Positions 10,694 to 21,381 of a stretch of DNA of 33,091 bases are shown piece after piece; the stretch's first letter is position 1; every line of letters begins with the position of its first letter. This DNA comes from Octopus bimaculoides (lineage: Eukaryota). Made by a program: the position numbers and the translations under genes. The stretch covers positions 29,549,815 to 29,582,905 of the forward strand of contig NC_068986.1 of the NCBI RefSeq assembly GCF_001194135.2, given 5' to 3'. The notes beneath the pieces were generated by a model. It searched no databases and was not told where the DNA came from. It was given only the letters and a program-made list of their open reading frames with translations.

Positions 10694-11799
10694 CACACCA
10701 AATCAAAGAAAATATTCTTAATACTACTTCACAGTTGTATAATTCTCTCTCTCTCTCTTTCACATACACATACACACACAAGTCACAGTATCTACAAACG
10801 TATATGAACCAATGACCTCCCAACAATCAACCTATTGACTTTCTATAGAATAAATACATCGAAAGAAAAAGCAGCTTTTTTCCACGCGACAACATAAATA
10901 ATATAACTTCAATTACACATCATAAATAGCCAATCTCATAAAAAAAAAAACTAGATATAGCCTCAATACAATTACACAACACAGCATATCACACAAGAGA
11001 AATAAACCTCAACTTCAAAGAACTAAACAAGCAAATAACAAATAAATAAAAACAAGGAAATAAGAAATAAATAAAACAAGAAAATTGGAAAAACGTTTGT
11101 ATCAAACGTAAACCACAAACAAACAGTGAAACGCTGTATCGAGTAATTAGCACCATCAAAAATAACAACGATCGCACCATGCCCCGAGTCGTGATAATCA
11201 CCTCCAGCACTGCAACACAAAGTCGTGTGGGTGATAATTGGAAGGGAAGGAGCTGTAAATGCAAAACCAATCGGAAGTATGATTTTTTCTATTTGTTTGT
11301 TTGTGGGTGGGGGATGGGTGAAGGTAGGAAAGTAATTCGACGCTAGATTTAACATTATCCACCGTCTTATTCTCCGATGTCCACTTCCTTACAAACATTC
11401 GAACCTGGTGACCGATCAGAGAATGATTTCATTCCTCCTCTTTATCGCTTACTGAGGCGTTAAAAAGTGCCATGAACGTTGATATTTGTTCTCAAACTAA
11501 ACTATTAAAAAACACGAGTTGATAAAAAGGATAGGAGTTATAGGCAACTAATCCAATATAGTATTTTTCAGCAAGTCGTAGTGAACATCTTTTTGAACCG
11601 TTTATGCATAGAACGGCAGTTTATATCATTGAGTAGAATTTGATGGTGCTGTCAGTGCTTCTCTTTCGGATCCTAGATGTACAGAGACAGTATGATGGTG
11701 TTTTGTGCCTCCTTGATTCTAGGAGAGTGGCTATGTTGAATGTACCTATTCTTGAATGTGTTTTTGCTGTGGTTGTATCGAGATAGATTTTTCTATAAA

Positions 11800-11890
11800 T
11801 TCTAGTAACGTTTTCGGTGCAACTATAACTAACTTTTACATTATTTTAAAATACTCTTTACAATGTTTGGCCTCTTTAAAAAAATGTTTG
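11800..11890 (-). pseudogene. Possible Penelope-like element ORF remnant
   Basis: rc translates KHFFKEAKHCKEYFK / NNVKVSYSCTENV (one frameshift), resembling the KHF..NxVKxSYSCxxN linker between RT and GIY-YIG in Penelope-like elements (recalled motif). Confidence 0.5.
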
Positions 11891-12865
11891 CGTATGAATA
11901 TGTGTATACGCATGCGTATGCACACATGTGTTTGTGTGTATTTATGCGTGTGTATGTGTATGTGTTCAAGTGTAGAGAAAAATGATGAAGGAAATTCAGA
12001 AACGATCTCATTCATATTGTAGAATTCATGTTTTCATCTCTGCTCTATTTCAATCTGTTATTGGTCGCTCGATCTATCTGAAACAGCAGCTAATTCTCCC
12101 TCAAATCATACGATACTGTCTTTAAAAATAAAAGCACACATTGTATATTTTACACGAAAATACAGAGAAAAAAATGCTGGATGGCTATGGCTGGGATATG
12201 TTTTTATCACAGTTCTGATCGGTCAGGTCTGACCTAGGAACAACACAGTAACTAAAACAACAACCACAAAAAGAACTACAACACTAATAATAATAATGCT
12301 ATCAATAAAGTACAACACGAATGAGAAACTCGAGAACGGTAGATACAATTCGCTTGTCAGAAATAATAGTGAAAGAACATATGTAACGAGATTGAAAGTC
12401 ACAGAAGGTGAGAGCGGGACTGGGCGCCTATCGTTACATACATTTTCGACATTAAGTTGTATATAATTGTTAATAAAAATAACAACTCGCTACCCGCATG
12501 TCTCGCTGACTAGATATCAAAGTGACATCTCTAGTTTTTACCTACAAATTAAGCATAAAAATACTTTCATTGCAGTGACAGCCTTTTATCTCAACAAAGA
12601 TACAACATATGTTACATAGAGAACACTTGATTATACATCCCTCACACTTTCTCTTTCCCTCACACTTTCTCTTTCCCTCTCTTTCTTTCTTTCTTTCTTT
12701 CTCATTTTTTACGCTTTCCAAATATATGTATATCTATAGAGACATACAGACATGCACGCACAGTCTCACTCTCTCTCTTTCTCACACACACATATTTATA
12801 CAAAGATAGAGAAAGAGAGAGGGAAAATATTATTGAAATATGTATTGATATATACATAAAGTTTA

Positions 12866-13195
12866 TCTATATATATAAAAATGAGAATGTGTGTCTGTCT
12901 GTGTGTCTGTCTGTCTGTCTGTCTGTGTGAATCCCTAAAACTCGAGAACTACGCAACCAATTTCATTCAAATTTTACAGATGCCTTACTTAGGGTTCCAG
13001 TTGTGTTTTAGTCAAAAATTTTAACTTCTTGCAGAGTTCGAGCCCACGGCAACATAATATCTCCTCCACTATTTAAGTATTACGTGTCAAAAGTGAAACA
13101 AAAACACTCATGTCAAATACTTTCACTTTAAAAATGAAACTATTCTACTAACTGAAACAATCACATTTCGATACTATAATGACAGATACTTTCAG
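12866..13195 (+). mobile_element. Putative non-autonomous Helitron-like element, 5' part
   Basis: Starts A|TCTATATATATAAAA, then (TGTC)n, then AAAACT...AACCAATTTCATTCAAATTTTACA, an architecture I recognise from invertebrate non-autonomous Helitrons. No 3' hairpin or CTAG end was found. Confidence 0.5.
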
Positions 13196-13203
13196 AGAGA
13201 GAA

Positions 13204-13238
<35 letters not shown>

Positions 13239-13365
13239 TGTATATGTATACATATAGATGTATATGTACACGTTATTCCACTAACTTAAACAATCACATT
13301 TCGATACTATAATGACAGATACTTTCAGAGAGAGAGAAAGAGATGTATATGTACACGTATATGCA
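13148..13365. repeat. Local tandem duplication (~133-bp period) containing (GA)n
   Basis: AAACAATCACATTTCGATACTATAATGACAGATACTTTCAGAGAGAG occurs twice. Confidence 0.85.
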
Positions 13366-13766
13366 TAGATATATATAGATATAGATCTATATGCATACAT
13401 GTATATGTATACATATGTGTAGATGTATATATATATAGATGTACATGTAATATGTACACGTATATACATATATATAACATGCATACAGATATCTATACAT
13501 AAATATATAAAGTTTATAAACTTCTTTTCTAAAAATCGAACGCCACAAATGTACGATTTGTTTCCAGTTCGTCATGGATACATATGTATTTGTGTGTGTG
13601 AGTGTGTGAGTGACTGTGTAAGTATTTGTGTGTATGTCTACGTGTGTGTATGAAGAGGTACATATATATATATATATATATGTAACTGCAAATTTATATG
13701 TATATACATACGTACATATATGAACATATGTATGTGAATATTTATGTACACACACACACACACATC

Positions 13767-13809
<43 letters not shown>

Positions 13810-13820
13810 TGTATATTTAC

Positions 13821-14209
13821 ATATGTAACATATCGTATAATTATAAACAGGGAAAATCTTAGCCATTTCTCCACAGACTGGAAAAAAAATGATGAGGAGC
13901 CTTAATCGATTTTCGAACCTTATTGGGTTCTCATCAGAGTCGTTCGAACCTTATTGGGTTCTCATCAGAGTCGTCTACATGATTCTGACAATCTCCAGAG
14001 AAACAAGCAGCCAAACCGTTTATATACTCAACAAATGCAGCAGTTACTCTATGAAGGAATCCTTAATTTGCAGACAGAAAGTGTTTAACACTATAAATAC
14101 CAGCGACCTGTCAACGGGGATCTTAAGTTCACACAGTCTCAAAGTATGATATAATATATATGTAACATATGGTATAATTACAAACATGCCAAATTTTAGC
14201 CATTTCTCC
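13821..14209 (-). mobile_element. Retrozyme-like or Penelope pLTR-like unit with 52-bp terminal direct repeats
   Basis: 13821-13872 and 14158-14209 are direct repeats (6 mismatches in 52; period 337 bp, or 306 without the internal duplication) enclosing a hammerhead motif; no credible ORF. Confidence 0.6.
13899..13941 (-). ncRNA. Type I hammerhead ribozyme (minimal, palindromic stem III)
   Basis: rc reads GACU-CUGAUGA-GAACC(CAAUAA)GGUUC-GAA-AAUCGAUU-A-AGGC. The core is complete, stem II has 5 bp with G10.1-C11.1, the triplet is UUA, and stem I pairs 3 of 4. Confidence 0.8.
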
Positions 14210-15802
14210 GCAATATATACATATATATCACAGCGTTCATACACATAATTTTTCTCGTCTGGCCGTAAAACCTTTTCTGTTTGTTTTCCTGTCTTGTTTT
14301 TTGTCCGCCACTACATTCCTCCATGGCAAGATTTAATTTGTGTATACAAATTTAATTTGCGGTCCATGGGAAGAGCCGTTTTAACGATGCGTCCTGCCCA
14401 GCTCTTCGAAACGCCGGTGTTAAAACGGGGGTAGCTGATGAAGTAGAATGTTCTCTATGTGGCTTGCGTGTTTTCTCGTCTACGTTTTGTTTGCAATGTC
14501 CTGTACCCAGATATGCACCTATACATACAGGTGGATGTCAGTATGCACATACCTGTACGTATATATGCATATACTCATTTACTATTTATATATNNNNNNN
14601 NNNNNNNNNNNNNATATATACGGTTTAGATATAGATTCAAGGTTGAATATGGTACTTATGCGTAGGCACCCGAATATCGTATCCCAAAAGGATGTATATG
14701 GTTAATTAAGTTAAACAATAGGGTAACAAATTGGATATTAATTAATATCAATTTAATACCAGGGAACAAGCACATTAAAAGAATCAAGGGGATTCAGAAA
14801 AAATATCTGAGATCTCAAAGGATTATTGTNNNNNNNNNNTCAGAAAAAATATCTGAGATCTCAAAGGATTATTGTGTGTGTATATATAAAGGAGACCACT
14901 AGGTGGACTGTTAATGTGCTAGAAGAAGATCACATATAATGTGACTACTAAGACACATTTGAGAACAATTAGGTCTTAGTAGACACATTGTGCATATATA
15001 CTTGTATGTATATAGAATTATTATTGGATATTTTCTGTCTTTAAGTATAAAGTTGCATGGTTGTTTTCACATGAAGTCGATCCATTATATTGCGAAAACT
15101 GTAGGAATTTTATCAGCCGATGCATACCTTATACACCCAGGCAATGTATTGAGTCCTTTTTGATTTCATGCTAATAGAATATTAAAGTTGATAACTGATA
15201 CATGAGAAGAATTATTCGATCTTTCTTTGAAAGTAGTTGATAGGAGACAACGCAATGACACAGAAGAACATGGTGGTCTTCGAGGCATTGGCAAATGTTC
15301 TGATTGCTGTACTTGTACAATATGTTCTTAAAGTGTTTATTTATATCATTGATTTTGCTATTCTTAAATTAAAAATATATTCTTTATTTTCATGCTATAA
15401 AATTACTTTGTTTCAATATCCATTGATTTACTGTTCTCCGTATAGAATATTTTAAAATTTAATTTCGAATATATTTATCGTCACAAGGCGAAGGAACTGA
15501 AGAACATAAGCAAGCCACACTTCAGCTTATACGTTTATATTTAAACAAGGTATGTATATTGAACAACAAAAATATTCAAAGCACGACTATATTTGATAAT
15601 GAAAGTATTTCATAATTAATTTGTTACAGTAATATCCAATATCGCCAGCATTTTTAAAGAGCTGTCGATATTTAATTGCCAAATTTGGAATTTTTATCAT
15701 ACAGAAACGGCGGTTAAATTTTCGGCAATTCAAACAACCGGTTGCTAAAAATTTTCGTTGCTCAACCCTGAGTGGAGGTCTTTGTGATTATATATATTGT
15801 TG

Positions 15803-16174
15803 TTGGCACTCCGTCGCTAACGATGTTGAGGGTTCCAGTTGATCAACGGAACAGCCTGCTCGTGAAATTAACGTGCAAGTGGCTGAGCACTCCACAGACA
15901 CGTGTACCCTTAACGTCGATCTCGGGGATATTCAGCGTGACACAGTGTGACAAGGCTGGTCCTTTGAAATACAGGTGCAACAGAAACAGGAAGAACGAGT
16001 GAGAGAAAGTTGTGGTGAAAGAGTACAGCAAGGTTCGCCACCATCCCCTGCCGGAGCCTCGTAGAGCTTTAGGTGTTTTCGCTCAATAAACACTCACAAC
16101 GCCCGGTCTGGGAATCGAAACCGCGATCCTATGACCGCGAGTCCGCTGCCCTAACCACTGGGCCATTGCGCCTC
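15803..16174 (-). mobile_element. tRNA-derived SINE family D (full length)
   Basis: rc head GAGGCGCAATGGCCCAGTGGTTAGGGCAGCGG...GGTTTCGATTCCC; closely similar along its whole length to 25089-25459. Confidence 0.88.
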
Positions 16175-16418
16175 TACTGGTTATATATAGTGCAACTATA
16201 AACATATACGTAGGGCTTTTGCAATTCGGAAGCTGAACGAATCGATTGTTGAAGTTTTTTGGTTGCTCAACGCAGAGTACAGGTATCTATATAGGTCTTT
16301 GCGGTTGTTGATACTGCAGTTATAAACAGGTAGGTGGGGTTGCTTACAAATATCAAGAAAAGCCTTTCGATTACGTTTATGTATTTGAGATTTCTTGAAT
16401 ATTGGATTCACATATTGA

Positions 16419-16613
16419 TTTCAAATTTTGGCACATGGCCAGCAATTTCGGGGGAGAGGTAATTTTATTGCATCGACCCCGGTGCTCAACTGGCACTTAT
16501 TTTACCGACCACGAAACGATAAAAGGCAAAGTCGACCTCATAACGTAAAGATGGACGAAATGCCGCTAAGCATTCTGCTTGGCGTGCTAACGATTCTGCC
16601 TGTTCGCCGCCCT
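16419..16613 (-). mobile_element. SINE family B copy (B-box segment deleted)
   Basis: rc of the family B head and core; GTCGACCTC joins directly to ATAACGTAAAG. Confidence 0.8.
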
Positions 16614-16620
16614 CAAGATT

Positions 16621-16853
16621 AGGGCGGTGAGCTGGCAGAAACGTTAGCACACTGGGCGAAATGCTTAGCGGTATTTCGTCTGCCGTTACGTTCTGAGTTC
16701 AAATTCCGCTGAGGTTGACTTTGCCTTTCATCCTTTTGGGGTCGATAAATTAAGTACCAGTTACGCACTGGGGTCGATGTAATCGACTTAATCCCTTTGT
16801 CTGTCCTTGTTTGTCCCCTCTATGTTTAGCCCCTTGTGAGCAATAAAGAAATA
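16621..16853 (+). mobile_element. SINE family B copy with alternative tail
   Basis: GGCGGTGAGCTGGCAGAAACGTTAGC...GAGTTCAAATTCC...CATCCTTTTGGGGTCGATAAATTAAGTACCAG; the tail ends CAATAAAGAAATAA. Confidence 0.88.
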
Positions 16854-17677
16854 AATATTAGATTCACATATTGACATAAGGTCTATAGACATCTTTAAAG
16901 CTTTAGATATGAAAATGGATACAAATACTTACATACATACATACATACANNNNNNNNNNNNNNNNNNNNNNNNNNNNNNNNNNNNNNNNNNNNNNNNNNN
17001 NNNNNNNNNNNNNNNNNNNNNNNNNNNNNNNNNNNNNNNNNNNNNNNNNNNNNNNNNNNNNNNNNNNNNNNNNNNNNNNNNNNNNNNNNNNNNNNNNNNN
17101 NNNNNNNNNNNNNNNNNNNNNNNNNNNNNNNNNNNNNNNNNNNNNNNNNNNNNNNNNNNNNNNNNNNNNNNNNNNNNNNNNNNNNNNNNNNNNNNNNNNN
17201 NNNNNNNNNNNNNNNNNNNNNNNNNNNNNNNNNNNNNNNNNNNNNNNNNNNNNNNNNNNNNNNNNNNNNNNNNNNNNNNNNNNNNNNNNNNNNNNNNNNN
17301 NNNNNNNNNNNNNNNNNNNNNNNNNNNNNNNNNNNNNNNNNNNNNNNNNNNNNNNNNNNNNATATATATATATATATATATATATACGTGCGTATATGTG
17401 ATTATGTCTACGTGCGTAGAACAAGAACAGAATGGAACGAAATAGCTACGCCCGGAAGAATAGAATTTTTGCTTAAATTTGCTGTACTTAAAAGTTATTC
17501 CATGATCGTCTGTCAAGAATGCTGTCTTAATTCTATCCCTTTGCTCCAGCTGGGATTTGAAATCTTCACTACCAAATTCTACTTATTTCTCGTGTTGCAT
17601 TTATACTAGTAAGCAATGGCCTCTCTATATACGCCTATTTTCACTAAAGACGTAGATTTCTAGAAAGAAATAATTAA

Positions 17678-18066
17678 GGCACAGGCATTGCTGTGAGGTT
17701 ATAAAAAGCTTGCTTTGCAATGACATGGTTTCTGGTTCAGTCCCACCGCGCAGCATCTTGTACAAGTGCCTTCTCCAATATCCTTTAGCCTTCCAATTCC
17801 TTGAGAGTGAATTTGATAGGCATAAATTCTTTTCTACTCTAGGCACAAGGCCCGAAATTTTGAGGGAGGGAAGGTGTCAACCCCAGTACGTAACTGGTAG
17901 TTAATTTATCGACCCAGAAAGGATGAAAGGCAAAGTCGACCTCGGTGGAATTTGAACTCAGAACGTAAAGACAGACGAAATACAGCTAAACATTTCGCCC
18001 GGCGTGCTAACGTTTCTGCCAGCTCTCAGCCTTACTTTGGTAGACGGAAAATGTGAGGAAGCCTAT

Positions 18067-18153
<87 letters not shown>

Positions 18154-18334
18154 ACACACATGTTCTTTGTGTTTATGTTGTGTTTGTCTCTCCAGACCAT
18201 TTGACAACTCTTGTTGATTTGTTTACGACCCCGTAACTTCTGTACTCTAGCGGTGCTGCAAAAGCGTCCGCTAAAATAAGTACCAAACCTTAAAAAATAA
18301 GTACAGGGGCCGATTTGTTCGACTGAACCCTTGA
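17678..18334 (+). mobile_element. SINE family A (head, core, (CA)n, tail) interrupted by a nested family B SINE
   Basis: Head and core at 17678-17819 resume at 18036 (TTTGGTAGACGGAAA...GAAGCC), then (CA)n 18068-18158 and a tail ending GATTTGTTCGACTGAACCCTTGA. Confidence 0.8.
17820..18035 (-). mobile_element. Nested SINE family B
   Basis: rc family B sequence flanked by TTTGATAG (17812-17819) and TTTGGTAG (18036-18043). Confidence 0.88.
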
Positions 18335-20017
18335 TAATCTATAAAACATAACTAAAAAATAACTTATTCGGGAACACATACTCGTAAAGCAGGAAATATT
18401 CTCACGTAAATGTTATGTAAAATAAGGGTAACTTAGGTTCCAATAGAAAATTTCCGTCCAAAGTTTTGGATAAAAATAAGCAGAGGAAAAAAGACAAAAG
18501 GATAACAACAGCCTAAAATGCCTGGATTAACGTTCACTTGCTGATAACAGAATAACATGTGGAAGGGAGAAAACCAGAAGAAGGAACCAAGAAGCAAATA
18601 TATACGGTTATACTAAACCAATACCTGGTATCGCCAGCGGTTCCATAGATGCTGCGAACATACTTATTTGTCTTTCTTTCGTGGTGTATTCATAAGTGGA
18701 GAGATGATTAGTACACTTGGGACAAGGCTCTTGCTGCTGGAAACAGACCAGGTATAGCAGAAGGGTGTTCAGTTACTGTCCCTGCAATACCGTCGGCCTA
18801 ACAAGTAAAAAGGCAGGCCATGTTGAACTGAAGCAAACCCGGTGTTGACGAACGCGGGAGGCTACAGTTGCCATCTCTCCCCGGAGTAATATGACCGTTG
18901 GTTTAAACGAGAGATGTATTTATCCACCCGGGCACTAAGGGCAGAATGCATTGAGTTACGCGTAAATTTTAAGAAAATTATAAGAAATGTTTTATAACAA
19001 AAGTGATTTTGTTGTGGAATATTCCAGAATTCCAGAAAATATGTATTTTCGCAAATCAGAAACTCAGATTAAAAACAACGTGTGTGTGTGTGTGTGTGAC
19101 ATTTTCTGCATATCTATCTGCAATAATCTCTTTCTCTCTTTCTCCCCCTCTCTCTCACTCACTCGCTCACCCACTTTCTCTTATGACTGAGAGAGAGAGA
19201 TTAGAAGTGTATAAGCACGATCGCCTGATTGTATACACTCATATGTTGCATGTGTGTATTTGCGAAATGGTATATAATCTACCTGTCTGTTACAATTAAC
19301 TACCTACCTGTCTGAACGGCTAATTCCCTATCTCCTTTCCCACATCGCTTCCTCGCTTCCACGCTTCCTCCCTCACGTTCTGTGTCTGATAAGCAAAAAC
19401 AGAAAACAAAAAAGAAATAAAATAAATCAGGCGGTGAAGAGCCAACAGCAAAATAACAACAACAACAACAACAACAATAATGGTAATAATAAATAAATAA
19501 ATAAATTACAGAGAAAACTAAATCCATGAAAATATAAAGAAACAAAATACAAAAATACAAAGATACAAAAAAAAAACAAATATTATGTCATCTTATCAGA
19601 TTGCTTTCTCTGCGAACGAACGAAATGAAGAGATACACCAGAAGTCAAGAGGTGAAGAAAATAATATATGTAAAATAATATATAAATAACAAAATAACAA
19701 AATAATAATTTGTAAACAAAATAATGAATAAAGTTCAGAAGGTAAAAAAAAAAATGACACAAATGAACAAATGAAAATAATAATAAAAAAATATATAACC
19801 CTAACGTAAAAGTAGCAGAAATTATGAGAAAATAAGATAAAAATGAAAGATAATGAAATAAATATGATACGGACTCAAAGATAAGACATACACACACACA
19901 CACGCGCGTATGAATGTAAGCGTATGAATGTGTGTATATATATTATCCATATGCACATACACACATATATATATAAATACACATGCACTTGTTATTCATA
20001 TGCATGCACGCACACAC

Positions 20018-20051
<34 letters not shown>

Positions 20052-21094
20052 NNNNNNNNNNNNNNNNNNNNNNNNNNNNNNNNNNNNNNNNNNNNNNNNN
20101 NNNNNNNNNNNNNNNNNNNNNNNNNNNNNNNNNNNNNNNNNNNNNNNNNNNNNNNNNNNNNNNNNNNNNNNNNNNNNNNNNNNNNNNNNNNNNNNNNNNN
20201 NNNNNNNNNNNNNNNNNNNNNNNNNNNNNNNNNNNNNNNNNNNNNNNNNNNNNNNNNNNNNNNNNNNNNNNNNNNNNNNNNNNNNNNNNNNNNNNNNNNN
20301 NNNNNNNNNNNNNNNNNNNNNNNNNNNNNNNNNNNNNNNNNNNNNNNNNNNNNNNNNNNNNNNNNNNNNNNNNNNNNNNNNNNNNNNNNNNNNNNNNNNN
20401 NNNNNNNNNNNNNNNNNNNNNNNNNNNNNNNNNNGGTAGTATGGAGCCTGGGAAAGTTGGACACAACATGAGTGATGAGCGGAAAGGCGTGTGAATCGGG
20501 AACGCCTGAATGGAGGTGAGGCTAGATCAGCTAGCTCGGAGAAACAGAGATCATAGCGGTAGTGATAGAAAGAGAATAGAAGACAGATAGAGAGAGAGGG
20601 GGGGAAGGGGAGAGAGAGAGAGAGAGAGAGAAAGAGAATCAGACACAGAGAAAGTACGAGACAGCACGTTTGTGTCCAAGAGATGGAGTATGTCTGTGAG
20701 TGTTTTTTTTTCTTACAATTTAATCATGCAGCTTTTCTCTAAATTTGGTATATGATGTTTGCGTGTACAAGAGTAGCATCATCGACCGAGATGTGAATGC
20801 AATATTCCTTACAGACGTCACCTGAGCTTTGTAGAGGGTCTAAAACTGTTGGGAACTGAACTATTTTCTGGCGCTGAAGGGGAAAGCGCTAGTCTTTGTT
20901 ATGCAGCTCTAAATGCGTTAAAGATGTGCTTTCGCTCTGGTTCTTGTACAAAGAAGTAATCGTTTACATTGTTACATTTTAATATATTGTTACACATTTA
21001 ATACACTAGAAGCAGGGCCATCTTTGCCTTTAATATTATATATTATCGTTTCTACATTACATGATCGACCGATTATAGAATATATACGGTAATA

Positions 21095-21381
21095 AAAGTA
21101 CAACACTGACTTTCCGGACAATCAGGGTCCGGAACCTTTTATATCCCACACTAATTTACAAGTAGGAACTTCACATTCCTACGGTCGCCAAACTAATTTA
21201 CTTGTAATTTGCACAAATTAGTACCTTTCACAGAACAGTATTAATAAAATTGTATTATTTATACTAATGTACAGATACCTGAATTTCATTTAGTTATTTA
21301 AGTGAATTTAATATTTGTTTACACTAAAGTGTGTTGACCAAGGTGACCACTCCTGGTTCCGGAAAATCGATGTTGTACTTG
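21095..21381. mobile_element. Old MITE with pogo/Tigger-like TIRs and TA TSD
   Basis: AAAGTACAACACTGACTTTCCGGA (21095-21118) vs rc of 21358-21381 CAAGTACAACATCGATTTTCCGGA (20/24 match); TA on both outer sides. Confidence 0.65.

Noticed and set aside
11100-11210. Minus-strand AGGDYHDSGHGAIVVIFDGANYSIQRFTVCLWF, with a pentraxin-like FTVCLW and a good acceptor
   Set aside because: The motif arises in T-rich low-complexity sequence, there is no convincing donor, and the phase is incompatible with the best upstream candidate exon.
13912-13973. 31-bp repeat as a CRISPR-like array
   Set aside because: Only two adjacent copies with no spacer, in eukaryotic context; explained as a ribozyme-core duplication.
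14795-14874. 35-bp direct repeat either side of a 10-N gap
   Set aside because: Typical unmerged overlapping contig ends; assembly artefact.
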